A stretch of DNA of 64,000 nt, taken from NCBI GenBank assembly GCA_010093815.1, contig ML996572.1, one strand, 5' to 3'. Shown one piece after another: positions 63,727-64,000 of the stretch. Source of the stretch: Pseudovirgaria hyperparasitica (lineage: Eukaryota). The notes below the pieces were generated by a model. That model did no database searches, was not told where the DNA came from, and saw only the letters and a program-made list of their open reading frames with translations. The position numbers and the translations under genes were made by a program. Position 1 is the stretch's first letter. Every line of letters starts with the position of its first letter.

Positions 63727-64000
63727 ATTTGCTGTATAGAAACAGAGTCGGTTGGTGTTCCGGTCGAGTTGGCGGGTTGTCGAGATATGTAGTCGTCGTC
63801 GTCGTCGCTCGGCTTAAAAGAATTCGGTTGGAGTGCTTAGCACATCGTTGTTGTGCGGCTCGCTTACGAGCATCTAGTCTTTGCCTGAACAGTCTTAGCG
63901 CGCTATTGCGGGGCAATCTCACGGTTGCGCGCCAGGCTCGGGGGTGCCTTTCCAACATGTCGCTAATCCCTGCTTATGTGCTTCCAGCTATCACCGTGAT

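Overview
Eukaryotic, intron-containing DNA from a filamentous ascomycete (Pezizomycotina; the class is not determinable from this window). About 23 protein-coding genes can be supported. Most are core genes: Med15/Gal11, Nrm1/Whi5-like, SLC35F-like transporter, M6P receptor, Grr1, PacC, Par32/DUF3602-like, eS12, TeaR, ferric reductase, uridine nucleosidase, gamma-adaptin, sterol acyltransferase and uS3. A GH10/GH18 pair sits among them. Points of interest: (i) a head-to-head pair encoding the two separated halves of the plant Tm-1 protein (TIM-barrel plus UPF0261) around a 451-bp shared promoter; (ii) an accessory secretome island (~24.3-33.4 kb) with a large subtilase that has lost all three catalytic residues, an unannotated 104-aa 10-Cys secreted protein and a decayed S10 carboxypeptidase; (iii) an intronless QIP/Gfd2-like DEDDh exonuclease fused to a CCHC zinc knuckle; (iv) chained AUGA-overlapping uORFs upstream of Med15. 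No tRNA, rRNA, CRISPR array or intact transposon was recognised. All family assignments come from motif recognition by eye, not from database searches.
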